Shown: positions 1 through 11,499 of the stretch, piece after piece
Layout: every line of letters begins with the position of its first letter
Numbering within the stretch: position 1 is the stretch's first letter
Assembly (NCBI GenBank): GCA_001244265.2
Contig: LN717261.1
Coordinates: 1,937,591 to 2,001,590, forward strand
DNA: 64,000 nt
Direction: 5' to 3'
DNA from: Microbotryum violaceum
Taxonomy: Eukaryota
Translations under genes and position numbers: made by a program
The notes under the pieces: model-generated
What the model was told of the DNA's origin: nothing
Database searches by the model: none
Seen by the model: the letters and a program-made list of their open reading frames with translations, nothing else

Positions 1-591
1 GAAGCCCTTGTCCTGACGTTCGGGAATCCGAGGGCCGAGTCTTGCGTGTCGATGGTCCTATGGGAGCACAACATACGGGAGATGAGAACGGCACCCTTTT
101 TTTGGATAGCATGAAGGTAGGTGCGGGTCCCCAAAGAGCAAGAGGAACGTACTTGTCGGCCATCTCACTTGCCCACGAGATCTTGGCCAACGAATTGGCG
201 GACCAGAGTAGGCCTATTGTGAGGAGGGCGAACGCAGCTAGGACTTGTAATATGACCTGTTGTGTAAACAGATGCAACAGAGGTGGGACGGGTCAGCTGG
301 AGCAGTCGGAGCAGTCGGAGAAGAGCAGTCATTCCGAATCTCACGAAGACGAAGCGCCAACGTACGGGTAGAGGTAAGGGGATAGCTTGAGAGAAACGAT
401 GCGAAGGTGGAGGGATCCATTCGGCTTTGATTGAAGATCGAGCTGTGTAGGAATGAAATCGAATCTATCAGTACAAGCCTCGAGTAGGGACCATCGACGC
501 GGGTCTTGGACTGACCATCCCATGCGATAAAGGCCGAGTAGAGGAAGCCCAGTGAGGCGAGTTGGATCAGCAGTCTCGGGAGGACCGCCAT
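1..591 (-). CDS. EMC5: ER membrane protein complex subunit 5 / MMgT-family membrane protein (4 exons visible; 3' end runs off the window)
   Basis: Manual splicing from ATG 591 across three GT..AG introns gives MAVLPRLLIQLASLGFLYSAFIAWD-ARSSIKAEW...LPLPVILQVLAAFALLTIGLLWSANSLAKISWASEMADK-TIDTQDSALGFPNVRTRA. It has two TM helices and the LP..I.LQ.L / SWASEM..TID..D..LGF pattern of EMC5/MMGT1. Confidence 0.8.
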
Positions 592-815
592 GGGATGATG
601 CAGAGGGAGCGAGTAGGGGGGTTCCGGACAAGGAGGAGACAGGAGGAGACGAAAGACGAGGTAGCTCATCCAAGGCGCGCTCGTTGTTGCGCTGCAGTGC
701 GCTGCTTGCTCTCCTCCGTACGAATAGCGTGTGGGGCCGGGCCAGACCCGACCGCGAAAAACGATGGCACCTCCCTCGGGCGCACGCAAGCGATGGACCG
801 CACGCAAAGCCACCC

Positions 816-3800
816 ATGGGCAACGTAGGCGGTGGACTTATCACCACCCCTTTACCGGTGCCGACTCCGCCTACGCGCTCGAACCAGGAAGCCCCCTTCT
901 TTCTCTCCCATGACGACGACGACGATGACGACTCGGATGAGATGGACATGGTCACGGGCCTTTTCCCCTCCACCACGGTTGAGTTGAATGGACAAATCAG
1001 TCGCCCTTCGGTCTCTGCTACGACACTGGCTCAACGGCGGCTGCGGGAAGGCTCGCTCGATTCGAACGCTCTCGATCTCGAAGACGACGATCCTGACCGG
1101 GCCTCCTCAGCTTCGGCTTTGCCCCCTCCGCCTCCAAAACGACCCAAAACGACCAAAGCCACGACAGCCAAGACAGAATAATTCAAGGGGAAACAAAATG
1201 AATTGCTGTTCATCCCTCGGTCGAGTTCCCACCTCATTTCGTCAAGTTGGAAAAGACGTTCAAGGTGGGGCACCCGCGCGTCTTGACATCGCGTCGGCCG
1301 CGTCGAAATTTGACATTCGCGGGAGGAGGCATTGTCGGTTCCTTTGCCAGCGGCTGACCATTCTTTGTACGACCAGGCACTCAATACGGTCTACACGTTC
1401 GTACAGACGCGTAAATCTTTGGCTACGACGTTCGACATCCTCAAAGGATCCGTCGAATCCCTCATAAAGAGGTGAGCCTATCCTCTCCTCTCCTCTCACA
1501 CCTCGTTCTTCCCCTGAGGAACACACTGGTCTCACAACGCAGACCCCTCGAGATGCACGACATTGCGCAAATCAAATCACTTCTTCTTCAACTCATCACC
1601 TTTGCCTACATCGACGCCGAGATGTTACGTATTCATTCCACCTCCGCCAACCCATCCGGTCACGATGGAGCAGAGGACGATGCTCGGTCAAGACGGATGA
1701 AGAAAGCGAGGGAACTGGACGGGGCGTATGCTGAGGCGGCTGCTCAAGTACAAGAGGTTGGAGGTAGTGATAATAAGAAGGAATCAGTCGCATTAATGTT
1801 CTCGTTCAATGATGGAGAGCTCAAGTCAAGTAACGGGGTCGGGAAAGTGATCACGAGGAAGTGGCAGTGAGTGGCGCGAATTGTCTTGGGAGATGAAGCA
1901 GAATTCAAGGCTGCTCACGTGACGCTTGAGCCTCAGACGCAAGAAGCATGAAAAACATCAACAAGAGATGCAGAGACAAAACTCGGCCGAGGGCAAAACG
2001 CCCGTCCGAAGCAGCTCATGCGATAAAGTCCCACAATATTCGAAGGAGTCCATGACGTCCCTGATCGAACGAAGGAATGCCAAATTCTCCGCCGCCGTAT
2101 CCGAGCTTCTCGTAGCCTGTGCAGCGGCCGTACCACCCGAAGATCCCGTCACTCTTCTGCTCGCAGCGACAGATGATAATTTTCCTGTGAAGCCGGGGGA
2201 TGAAGACGTGGAGAGGAAACGTCTAACCGAGAAGAGGGAGGATCTCGAGTTTTATCAGAGAAACCCGGACTGGAGGCCGAGTATTGAGAAGATTGTGATC
2301 GAGTTGATGCATCAGAAGGAGTATAGGGGACAGATCGTTGAGAATGGACATAGGATCTTTGATGCTCGCAAGGGCGTGTATTGTATGTTCCCTTTCCGGC
2401 GCTTGTTCGTGCGATCCTGAGCTGACGATGAAACCTCTAACCTCCCCTAGGCGATCTCGACCTCCCTCTCTCCACCTCCGTCTGGGACGCCCTCTACACG
2501 ACCAAAGAAATCACCCAACTGTATTCCCACCAAGCCCAAGCGATCAACACCCTCGATGCAGGCCACAACGTCATCGTATCCACCTCCACTTCATCCGGAA
2601 AGTCCCTCATTTATCAACTTCCCGCGTTGAAGGAGTTGGAGAAGGATAATGATGCGACGGCGATGTATATATTTCCCACTAAGGCGCTGGCGCAAGATCA
2701 GAAACGCGCGCTGGCGGAGTTGTTGGCTGCTTGTGGAGGATTGGAAGATGTCAAGGTGAGGCTTGAGATCCGGGCTCAGATGGAAAGGACGTGCACGGTG
2801 ACTCACTGGCATGAGTACCAAACGGCAGATCGCGACGTTCGACGGTGATACTCACCGGGAAGACAGAGACTACCTGCGAGAGAATGCGAACATTGTGTGT
2901 TCTCTTCGTTCTGCACCCAAATAACGGATCACTGACTTGGGAGCCGATGCCCGACTTGACATATCTTCACCAACCCGGACATGCTCCATCTCACCATCCT
3001 CCCCGCGAAGAAAGCTGGCGCCGCTACTTCAGCAACCTCAAATTCGTCGTTGTCGATGAGTTGCATTACTACGCCGGACTATTCGGATCCCACGTCGCCT
3101 TCATCATGCGGAGGTTGAGGAGGATCTGCGCAGCGGTGGGGAATGATAAGGTCAAGTTCATCTCGTGTAGTGCGACGATCGCAAATCCGAAGGAACACAT
3201 GCAGACGATGTTTGGACTGGAAGATGTTGTGGTCGTTGATGTCGATGGATCGCCGACGGGGAAGAAAGTGAGTCGGGCTCTCTTTGCACAGGAGGCGTAG
3301 ATGCGGCTGACGGATGTCAGCTTTTGATGCGCAGGAATATCTCATCTGGAACCCACCTTTTATCGATGACCAAGATCCCAAACAAGGACGGCTCAACAAC
3401 ATGTACGAAGCATCGAGGATCTTCCGGTTCTTGATGGACCGAGGCATTCGGGCAATCGTGTTCTGCAAGGTGAGATATGTTCATCCTGTACCCACTTGCC
3501 AGCTGAACAAGCTGACTCGGGATACTACCCTCAGGTTCGCGCGCAATGTGAGCTGTTGATGCGACAAGTCCGCACGGATCTTATGGTCGAAGGGCGCAGT
3601 GATATGGCCTCCCGTGTCATGTCTTATCGATCTGGGTACAGCGCTGCTGTGAGTATTCAATCAAGGACCCTTAATCTATTTGGAAAAGGAAGGCTGAAAT
3701 GACAGATCCACAGGATCGTCGTCGCATTGAACAAGAAATGTTCTCCGGCCAACTGCTCGGGGTAATTGCCACGACCGCCCTCGAATTAGGCGTCGATATC

Positions 3801-5539
3801 GGATCCCTCGACGCGGTAATCACCGTCGGATTCCCCTACACGCTCCCCGGTCTTCGGCAACAAGCGGGACGAGCCGGTCGACGCAACAAGGATTCTCTAG
3901 CGATGTTGATCTGCGACCCTTGGCCTTTGGACCAGCATTACGCTCGGAACCCGGATCAGATTTTTACTTCGCCTTTCAGTGAACTAGGCATCGATCTGAC
4001 GAACCCGATCGTCATGGAAGCGCATCTCCAATGCGCAGCGCACGAGATGCCCATCCAAATCGAAGTCGATACACACTACTTCGGACCCGAATTAGCACGC
4101 GTGGTAAGAGATCGCCTCGTCGTGGATGAAGAAGGTTTCTACCATTGTCATCCGAAACATAAACCTTACCCCGCTAAGGCGGTGCCGATTAGGAGTACGG
4201 AGGAGGACTCGTATACGATTGTTGACATTTCGGAAGGAAGGCACGAGGTCAGGGAGGAGATTGAGACGAGTCGGGCTATCTTTACAACGTACGAGGGTGC
4301 GATTTACCACCACATGGGCAGGACATTACTCGTTCGTGAAGTCAATCACGATCGCAAGATTGCGCGGGTCGAGCTTGCGCAGGTGGAATGGCGCACACGC
4401 CAACGTGACTTTACCAACATCGACCCCTTGGAGCCCTTGACCATTCGGGAGATCACAGGGTCTCCGTGTACGGCGTCGTATGGTCTTGTCGATAGTACGT
4501 TTCTATCTGCAAGTTACCACCATTGTCTTAGTGACTCATTCAAATTCCCCCGGAATTGCAGTTACCTCGATCGTCTTCGGTTACTTTAAAACCGACAAGC
4601 GCAACAACATCCTCGACACGGTCAACATTTCCTCCCCACCCTTCATCCGCCGTTCCCACGGGCTCTGGATCGACGTCCCGGCCTCAGCCTTGGAAATCCT
4701 ATTGTTAAAGAACTTTCACCCCGCCGCGTCGATCCATACGGCCGAACATGCGTTGATGAGTTTGACCCCCATCGTCGCGATGTGCACCGAAGGTGACGTG
4801 AGGACGGAGTGTCAACAGCCTGAGAAGAAATTTGCGAGTATGCCTAGTAGTCGAAAACGACCGGCGAGGTGAGCGATCGTGCTCTCTTCCACCATCCACT
4901 ACGCCCCGGCGCTGATCTAGAACCGACCGTCCTTGCGCAGATTGATCCTGTATGACTCGGCCGGCATGTCGGGAGGGATCTGTGCCAAGGCGTTCGATCA
5001 CATATCCGTACTGATACGGCAAGCAGCAGATACGATCGCGAATTGCATATGCACCGAAGGGTGTCCATCCTGCGTCGCTTCCCACATGTGTTCGGGAGCC
5101 AGTACGAGTGAGTGCGAGCCGTGGGAGTTGATTTCCTTAGGGAAGAACCGCCTTGACGAAACCTCTCTATTCCTTCAGTCGTCTCCAAGCTCGGCACACT
5201 CGTCGTGCTCGACTCGATCCTCAACCGCCCCATCGACATCGATGCAATACCCCTCCAAGAACCCGCCCAAGGAATCGTCCCGGGCGGTTCGATCGATCTC
5301 GCCGGCGCAGGCGTCCGAAGATCCCTCATCGACGCTCAACAACTGAGGACGGTGGAGAAAGAGGGTGTTATGGAAGAGGAGGAAATTTCGGAGGCTGGAG
5401 TGAGGGAAAGGGATTGCGTGCTTGCGGAGCTGTTGGGTGGGGGACCTGGTTCGGAGATACCACAGGTTCCGCGATGGCAGAAGTCCAAGAAAGGACGAGG
5501 TACGACATCACCAAAGGGGGTGGTTTCATGTCTCGCTGA
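816..5539 (+). CDS. HRQ1: Hrq1 (RecQ4-like) DEAH-box DNA helicase with C-terminal DUF1998 Zn-binding domain; multi-exon, with apparent lesions; start and stop approximate
   Basis: Motifs in order: FPPHFVKLEKTFK/ALNTVYTF, Q-motif LYSHQAQAI, Walker A STSTSSGKS (~2580-2600), FPTKALAQDQ, FTNPDMLH, VVDELHYY, CSATIANP, ATTALELGVDIG, QQAGRAGRR, HTAEHAL, LILYD, CICTEGCPSCV..C. Most introns are canonical. Confidence 0.93.
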
Positions 5540-5937
5540 TCGATGCTCTTGCGTATCTCTACATCGTGCGCCTTGTTAGATGTATCACATTTCTAAGCGA
5601 AGCGAGAGTATATAGGACTATAAGGAGTGACTATGCAACTGCAAGGAAACCATGTCGCGACTGATATATCAAGGAGAGCGACGGCGCACTCATTTAGTTT
5701 GAGGTGGTGAGCCTAGAAGGGTAAAGACATCAGGGTAGAGTAGCCAGCTGAAGAGAGAAAACACGAAGCGACACCAAAGTCACGACCCAATCATGATCGG
5801 GGAGTCGGGAACGTTCCTTGATCGTGATTGGCATCCAGATTGAACCAGTCCGTGAGAATGTGATCACCGTTCTCGTGCTGCTGTCGGCTTTGTCTTGGAT
5901 TTTTGAGCGGCTGCCCACCATACGTGTGTGTGATCTA

Positions 5938-7389
5938 TCAGAACCAAAATCCTGGTGAGCACGATCTAGGAAAAGCATAAAGACTTGCAGGATAACTGCT
6001 CACCATGTCGCATGACATGCCATTGCTCGGACCACGGGTGGAACTCTCGCCCAAGGAACCAGTTGAGCCATCGCATCGCCGAGTACTTGGGGACTTGCAA
6101 CGCCGCGATCGGCAAGAGCAAGACGTCACCTATCCGAATAGGTTCGGTCGTATGCGCCAAAGAGCTCAACGAAATACCGTAGCATGTTTGAAGATACCTG
6201 AGGGCGCCAAAGCACATCAATGGGTGAGCACATCTGAGTTCAGTGGCCCAGCTAAGAGCGGCCAACTTTACCTAGCGACGCAGTCTGTGAACACAGCCGG
6301 CCCTGACCACTCCAACACCAATGGCTTGGTCTTATCCTGGGCCGGATTGAACGGCAACATATCCTCCGGCCCTTTGCCTTCCCGAGCGTCCCAGTCCCGC
6401 CTCGACGATCTCACCGAGTTCTCCAACACCCTCTTGGCCGACTCGATCAACACGGGATGCCCTTGACTCGCCCCGAATCCCCATTGCACGATCCCCAACT
6501 TGCGCCCAAAGAGGACATTCCTTAGATTGTTCTGTCTCCCAGTCCATTCAACGCCGACGACCAATCCCGGTGGTGCGGTCGGATCATGGTCGGGAACGAG
6601 TAATCGATCGGTGCGGTCAATCACTTTTTGAAATGGTTGGGCCGAGAGCAATGCATCCAGCGACTTGAGAGGGTAGGTATCGACGTCGGCGTAGAAGCCC
6701 CCGTATAACCCGACGGCAAGGTAGCGGAACCAGTCGTACTTGATAATCTCGAGTGGCAAGGTGTCAAAGACTTTGGATACAGAGGAGGATTCGGGCGGGA
6801 AGTGGTCGTGGACAAAGGCAAAGACCTGTTCGTCGGTGTAGAAGTTCATCGCGTAGCCTGGGTTGATGCGTTGCCACTCGAGCATGTTGGGGGTCGAGAA
6901 GGCGGAGGTTTTGGAAGCGGTCGCGAAGAGGCCTCTCCGGACCGCATTGGCTGTGGCGGAGGCCGCGCGACACCTTAGTTCGAGGTGGCATTCGAGCGAA
7001 CGGACGAGCGAAGGTGTGTTGATGTGCGGTAATGTTCCGCTCGGACTGGGAACGTCCTTGGAGGTGAGGTTGATGGCGCGGACAAAGTCGACCAATTCCT
7101 CGCGGTACCGAGCCAGATCCGCGGAGCCGACGCCAAACCCATCGTATCGGCCAGGGGTATAGTCGGCATTGAGCTCCTGCAGCCGCTCCTCTGGTGTCGG
7201 GACCCGCTCATTGAATTGCCACGATGGTGTTCCGTCGTGACCAAATCGCGTGGAGCGGTGGGAGGTGAGATTGTGTTGGAGTCGGAGCAGCACGAGCGAG
7301 ACAACGCTCAGGAACATCGCCGCCAAGACGAACGCGGTTCCGTGTCGACGCGCTTTGCTGAGGGGCGTCGTCATGTTGGGGCAATTCAT
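5938..7389 (-). CDS. Glycosyltransferase family 32 (DXD motif), OCH1-like type II membrane mannosyltransferase; 3' end uncertain
   Basis: N-terminal TM (FVLAAMFLSVVSLVLL), WQRINPGY..FYTDE, KYDWFRYLAVGLYGGFYADVDT (DXD), LVVGVE, IVQWGFGASQGHPVL, VLEWSGPAVFTD, then after an intron PIRIGDVLLLP. Confidence 0.88.
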
Positions 7390-8136
7390 CGCGGAAGCAA
7401 AGGCTCGCGAGTGGGTGTCGCCAAGTTCGAAAGTATGACTTGCTACACCTCCGTCGTCGAGGCGCCGATGTGAAGCCCGACCAAACAAACGGAGGCACGC
7501 AGGACCGTGCGAAAGTTCGTGCCGGAGTTGTTACGTTGCCGCGAGATTTCCGTGAGAACGGCTCGCGGGGAGCGATAGCGAGCTGCTGAGTCGCTCGCAG
7601 CTCCGGCGGACTTGTGGCGAAGCTCTGGCTGACGAAAGCTCACGAGCGCGTACGGGCCAATGTGAGAACCCAACCTGGCGCCAACCTGGCGCTTTGTAGA
7701 GCGTACACGTCGGTCGTGCCCGGGCTATTCAGCCGGCGTTTGCGGCTCAGGGCGAGGGAGGCGTGAGTTGAAGTCCGTGGAAGGGTAAGCCTGTCAGCCT
7801 GAACTCGAATAAGCGGAAGCGGAGGCGTATGGTCAGACAGGGCCTAGACAGGGTTGGACCCTGGTCGGACCTTGAATCAACAGCGACTAACCTGGCAAGA
7901 CGACGCAGGCGGAAAGGAGGTACGAGTTTGGTTTGTAATCAAATCAAAGAAAGGCAGGAATACACAATTTTCATTGAAGACAACAAAGAATGTGCGATAC
8001 AACACAAAAAACGGGGGATTTACGGCACCGGCCGATCCTCGTGTTCATCTGTCACAGCGAGGCCCCCGCGTCATTCGAGAATCTCCCATCCAGAGTCATC
8101 CAGCATCCGACCTCGCGGATATGACACTGAGCGACG

Positions 8137-8415
8137 ATTTTGGCGGGGACTACCCATCTGAATGGGTATTCCCTGGGCTGCGGTATTACCCACGTGACGA
8201 TGGTATTACCCAAGCAGACGGTATTCCCTTCGGTTCAGGTATTTTCAATTTTAATGGGTAATACCATCCAAAAGTCTCAATAGGGGCTCTTTTCGGGAGC
8301 GCGATCGAGCTTAATTCATATTAGCTTGCACATTAGGTTCTATATCATTAATTGCTAGTGCGAGCTTAATTGGCATTAGCCTACTCACTAGGGTCTGTAT
8401 CATAAATTACTAATG
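8137..8415. repeat. Transposon-end-like region: clustered GGTATT(A)CCC motifs followed by a two-copy ~55-bp imperfect tandem repeat
   Basis: Five GGTATT motifs at 8160-8245, a TACCCAT..ATGGGTA hairpin, and CGAGCTTAATT...TAATTGCTAGTG / CGAGCTTAATT...AAATTACTAATG at 8306-8415. Confidence 0.45.
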
Positions 8416-9587
8416 CTCGCGTTTATATTACTAATGTTGATGCAGCCATTTTATATTGCACGCCAGATGTTGTACATATTGTGGTATGTATTATCTAGCA
8501 TATCTAGCAAGTGTCTACCTCCGTTACCATCTCTGACCCGTAGCCGGATGGTTGCGTCCAAATCATCCGCAGCTGCCGCGCGTGCTCCGCATCCTCAAGT
8601 CCTTCAACTCCTTGACGTCTTCTTCGTCCTGTCCCTGATCCTCGTCTTGTTCCTCTTCGTTTCGACGGTTGCCAAGGTTCCTGTTGTAGATGATCTGTTG
8701 GCTTCTGTTAGGGTTTTGATCGGTCTTCTTGCTTCTTGACGGGCCCGGGCCTCTAGAGCCGGTCATCCGATGTGACCGCGAGGAAACATGTCCATTCTGC
8801 AAGGGCCGAGGAGAAGTGATTGGTCAGCGCGCAAGCGAGCGCACAGTTAAGGTAAGGACCGGCGCGTTACTTACATACTTGACGATTTCCTATTGCTTCG
8901 AAGGGGCATGTTCCTCCACAATAGTGTAGGTGCTTGTTCTGGCAGACGAGTCTGCACGCCCTTGGGATGATATCACCTACTGTGTCGAGGAATGTTACGA
9001 GTGGTGCAGGGAACTCAGAGCTAGTCGGTGGTCGGGTTCTGCTCGTTGAAGTTGCCGGCGCCTACGCGAAGCCGATTGATTGTAAGGGACGTTGTCAGTT
9101 TGCTCGTGCTTGCAAGTATACTCACACAAGCTCATATCGCCTTTGTCGTTTCGTACGTACATGCCATCCGCATCGAGGTACTTTCTGGCTGCAGGGAGTG
9201 GACCGAGGCGACACGTCAGCGAAAAGTTGGCCGACTTAGCCCGAACGTGGCGAAGCACACCCTTGAGTCAGAACAATTACTCCAAGCTGAGCTCACCAGT
9301 GCCCTTCCCATTCAGACTTTGAATATTCTCGTCCTTCCCGGATGTAGATCCTCCCATTGCTGAGCTCCCGTGTGGAGGGAGACAGAAAGGTGGGTGGGAG
9401 AAGGACTGAACACGTGAACGGAAAGAGGCAGAGGCAAAGGGAGGAACGGAGGCGCGCGCCCGGGCTTTGCGCAGGCTCACATAGCTTGATTGGATTTTGA
9501 GTTACTGCTCATTAATGTGCACGACTACTGAGAAAATGTCCGCGACTGCGCCCATTGCTCCACGATTTTCGCTAAGTCTTCTCCCAA

Positions 9588-9779
9588 AAAGCCCAGCCGG
9601 AGGCGCTTTTTTTTTTTTTTACATTTTGAAGACCCAAAATCCTGAAAATCGTCGAGGCGCATTGCAAAATTTTGACATTTTGGGACGAAACACATGTTTG
9701 CCCCCGAGGCGCCTGTGCCGATTTTGACATTTTTCCTTTGGGTCGACGCGATTTTGGCCTACCCTGAGCAGCCTTCGGC
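9588..9779 (+). mobile_element. Terminal region of an AGGACCCCCGAAAGCCCAGCC-type TIR DNA transposon (outermost ~10 nt missing)
   Basis: Diverged inverted copy of 21777-21978; repeated (T)GACATTTT and CGAGGCGC subterminal motifs. Confidence 0.7.
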
Positions 9780-10808
9780 GGGGTACGGTCGAGAGTGGGC
9801 TCCGGTGCGGACAGGGTACTACAGGTGATATAGGGCCTCTATGGGCATCTCTGCTGGCTCTATCATGCTCTACTACACTCAAAAAGTATGTATACGGCAA
9901 GGGAAGACGATACATGCAGATCAGCGGAAGCTGTAGCAATTTCGTTTTTTTCGGGGCGTTCCGCACATTTGTTGGCGCAGAGTACGCCCCAAACGGCTCA
10001 CGCTCCGCCCTAAAAGGCGTACTGGGTCCGAGGTCGGTACGCCCGGGGCCTACGTGAATTGGCACACGTACGCTCCAAAACTTTAGATCGCATTTGTGGC
10101 TGCTACAGCGCACTGTATGCACTCTGATAGTCACCAGTTCGGTCTAAGGGTGTGGCTGTACAACCTTTTAGCAGATGAAGCAAATTAACGCACCGCGGGG
10201 CGGCGACCAGTCCCTGAACCTCCAGTGATCCAGTGCCGTCTATAAAGTCACACTACCATCCATGGCTCGAGGATAGGCAGTACCTCCTACTTAGCTGAAA
10301 GCGAATAACCACCTCAAGACAAGGCTAGAAACTCTAACGACAAATCACAACTCCACATTTGATTCAATTTCGAGTCCATTTCGACTTTTCTTATCATCAT
10401 CCAGACATATCTCTCTCTTTCGGTTTATCAAGCACGAGCCTTCCCGATCCTGCGGCTGGACCCAGCCGCGCGTCCCGAAGAGACTTCACGATCCTTGTCA
10501 GCGGCCTCTTCTCCGAAGTCATCGACTGCGTCGCGTGAGTTGGACTTACTGTTGATTTCAGTGACTGTAAAACCCCAAGAAATGACCGGGCATAAAAGAC
10601 GACGACCCTGCGGAGCGTGATCCGCCTCTACCTCCTGACGATGGTCACGAGTACCGGCCTTATCGTGTCGGTCGCACCCCGAGCCTGCTCGAGAACATTA
10701 ACGAGGGCAACACTCTACCGGTTCGCACGCGTGCTCAGCGTCGCGTCGCCGCCCTCAGTATTGTGTCCACAACCAGAGCTCATCGCTTTGGTTTTCACTC
10801 GTCATCAA

Positions 10809-11140
10809 CCGCTTCCCAAGACCTTCAAGGATGCGATGGCTTCGCCCGATGCCGAGTCCTGGTACGCTGCGTCGGTCAAGGAACTTAACTCCATGGGCTT
10901 GCACAAGGCGTTCAAGCAAGTTTCGAGTTCACCTACTGGGGCTCGTGCCCTGGACTATCGTTGGGTGTTTACTCGAAAGGAAGGCGTCGAGGGCAACATC
11001 ATCAGCTACAAGGTTCGGTTAGTCGTCCAAGACTTTGCTCCACGACTGGGGATCGACTACAGCAAGACGCTTGCTCTTGTCTCGTCGATCACGACGGTCT
11101 TGTTCGTCGTTCGCCTTTGTGCCGCTCGTGGACTGGTCCT
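10809..11140 (+). mobile_element. Ty1/Copia reverse transcriptase N-terminal fragment (degenerate)
   Basis: PKTFKDAMASPDAESWYAASVKELNSM...RWVFTRK..GNIISYKVRLVVQDF..GIDYSKT, the characteristic start of Copia RT; truncated before YVDD. Confidence 0.88.
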
Positions 11141-11499
11141 GACTTCTCGGCGTCGCTGCCTCTCTTCTATCAGAAGTCTATCTTCCGCGCTCGCATGTTT
11201 TCTGCGATAGTTGTCAGTGAATGTAAAGCGCAAGAAACCGAAACCGGCAGTAGTGAGTCGGTATAAAAGGTGTCGTTGCGATTTGCGGGCTTGAACTCAC
11301 TACCATGACCTTCGGTGTCGACAAGTCAATATTCAGCTCGGCGTCCATTGCCGAGCGCTTGACAGGGGAGGCGATGAACCGCTTGGACTGAGTTGGACGG
11401 TCGGCGGGGGCGTGGTCTGGCATGTCATCTGCCGCACATCAGGCACATGCAATATGCACAAAATATGTATTCAAGAAGTACTCTCGTCGTTCTGGCGGT

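Noticed and set aside
8500-9480. Possible degenerate transposase on the minus strand
   Set aside because: Fragmented ORFs with no motif I can recognise.
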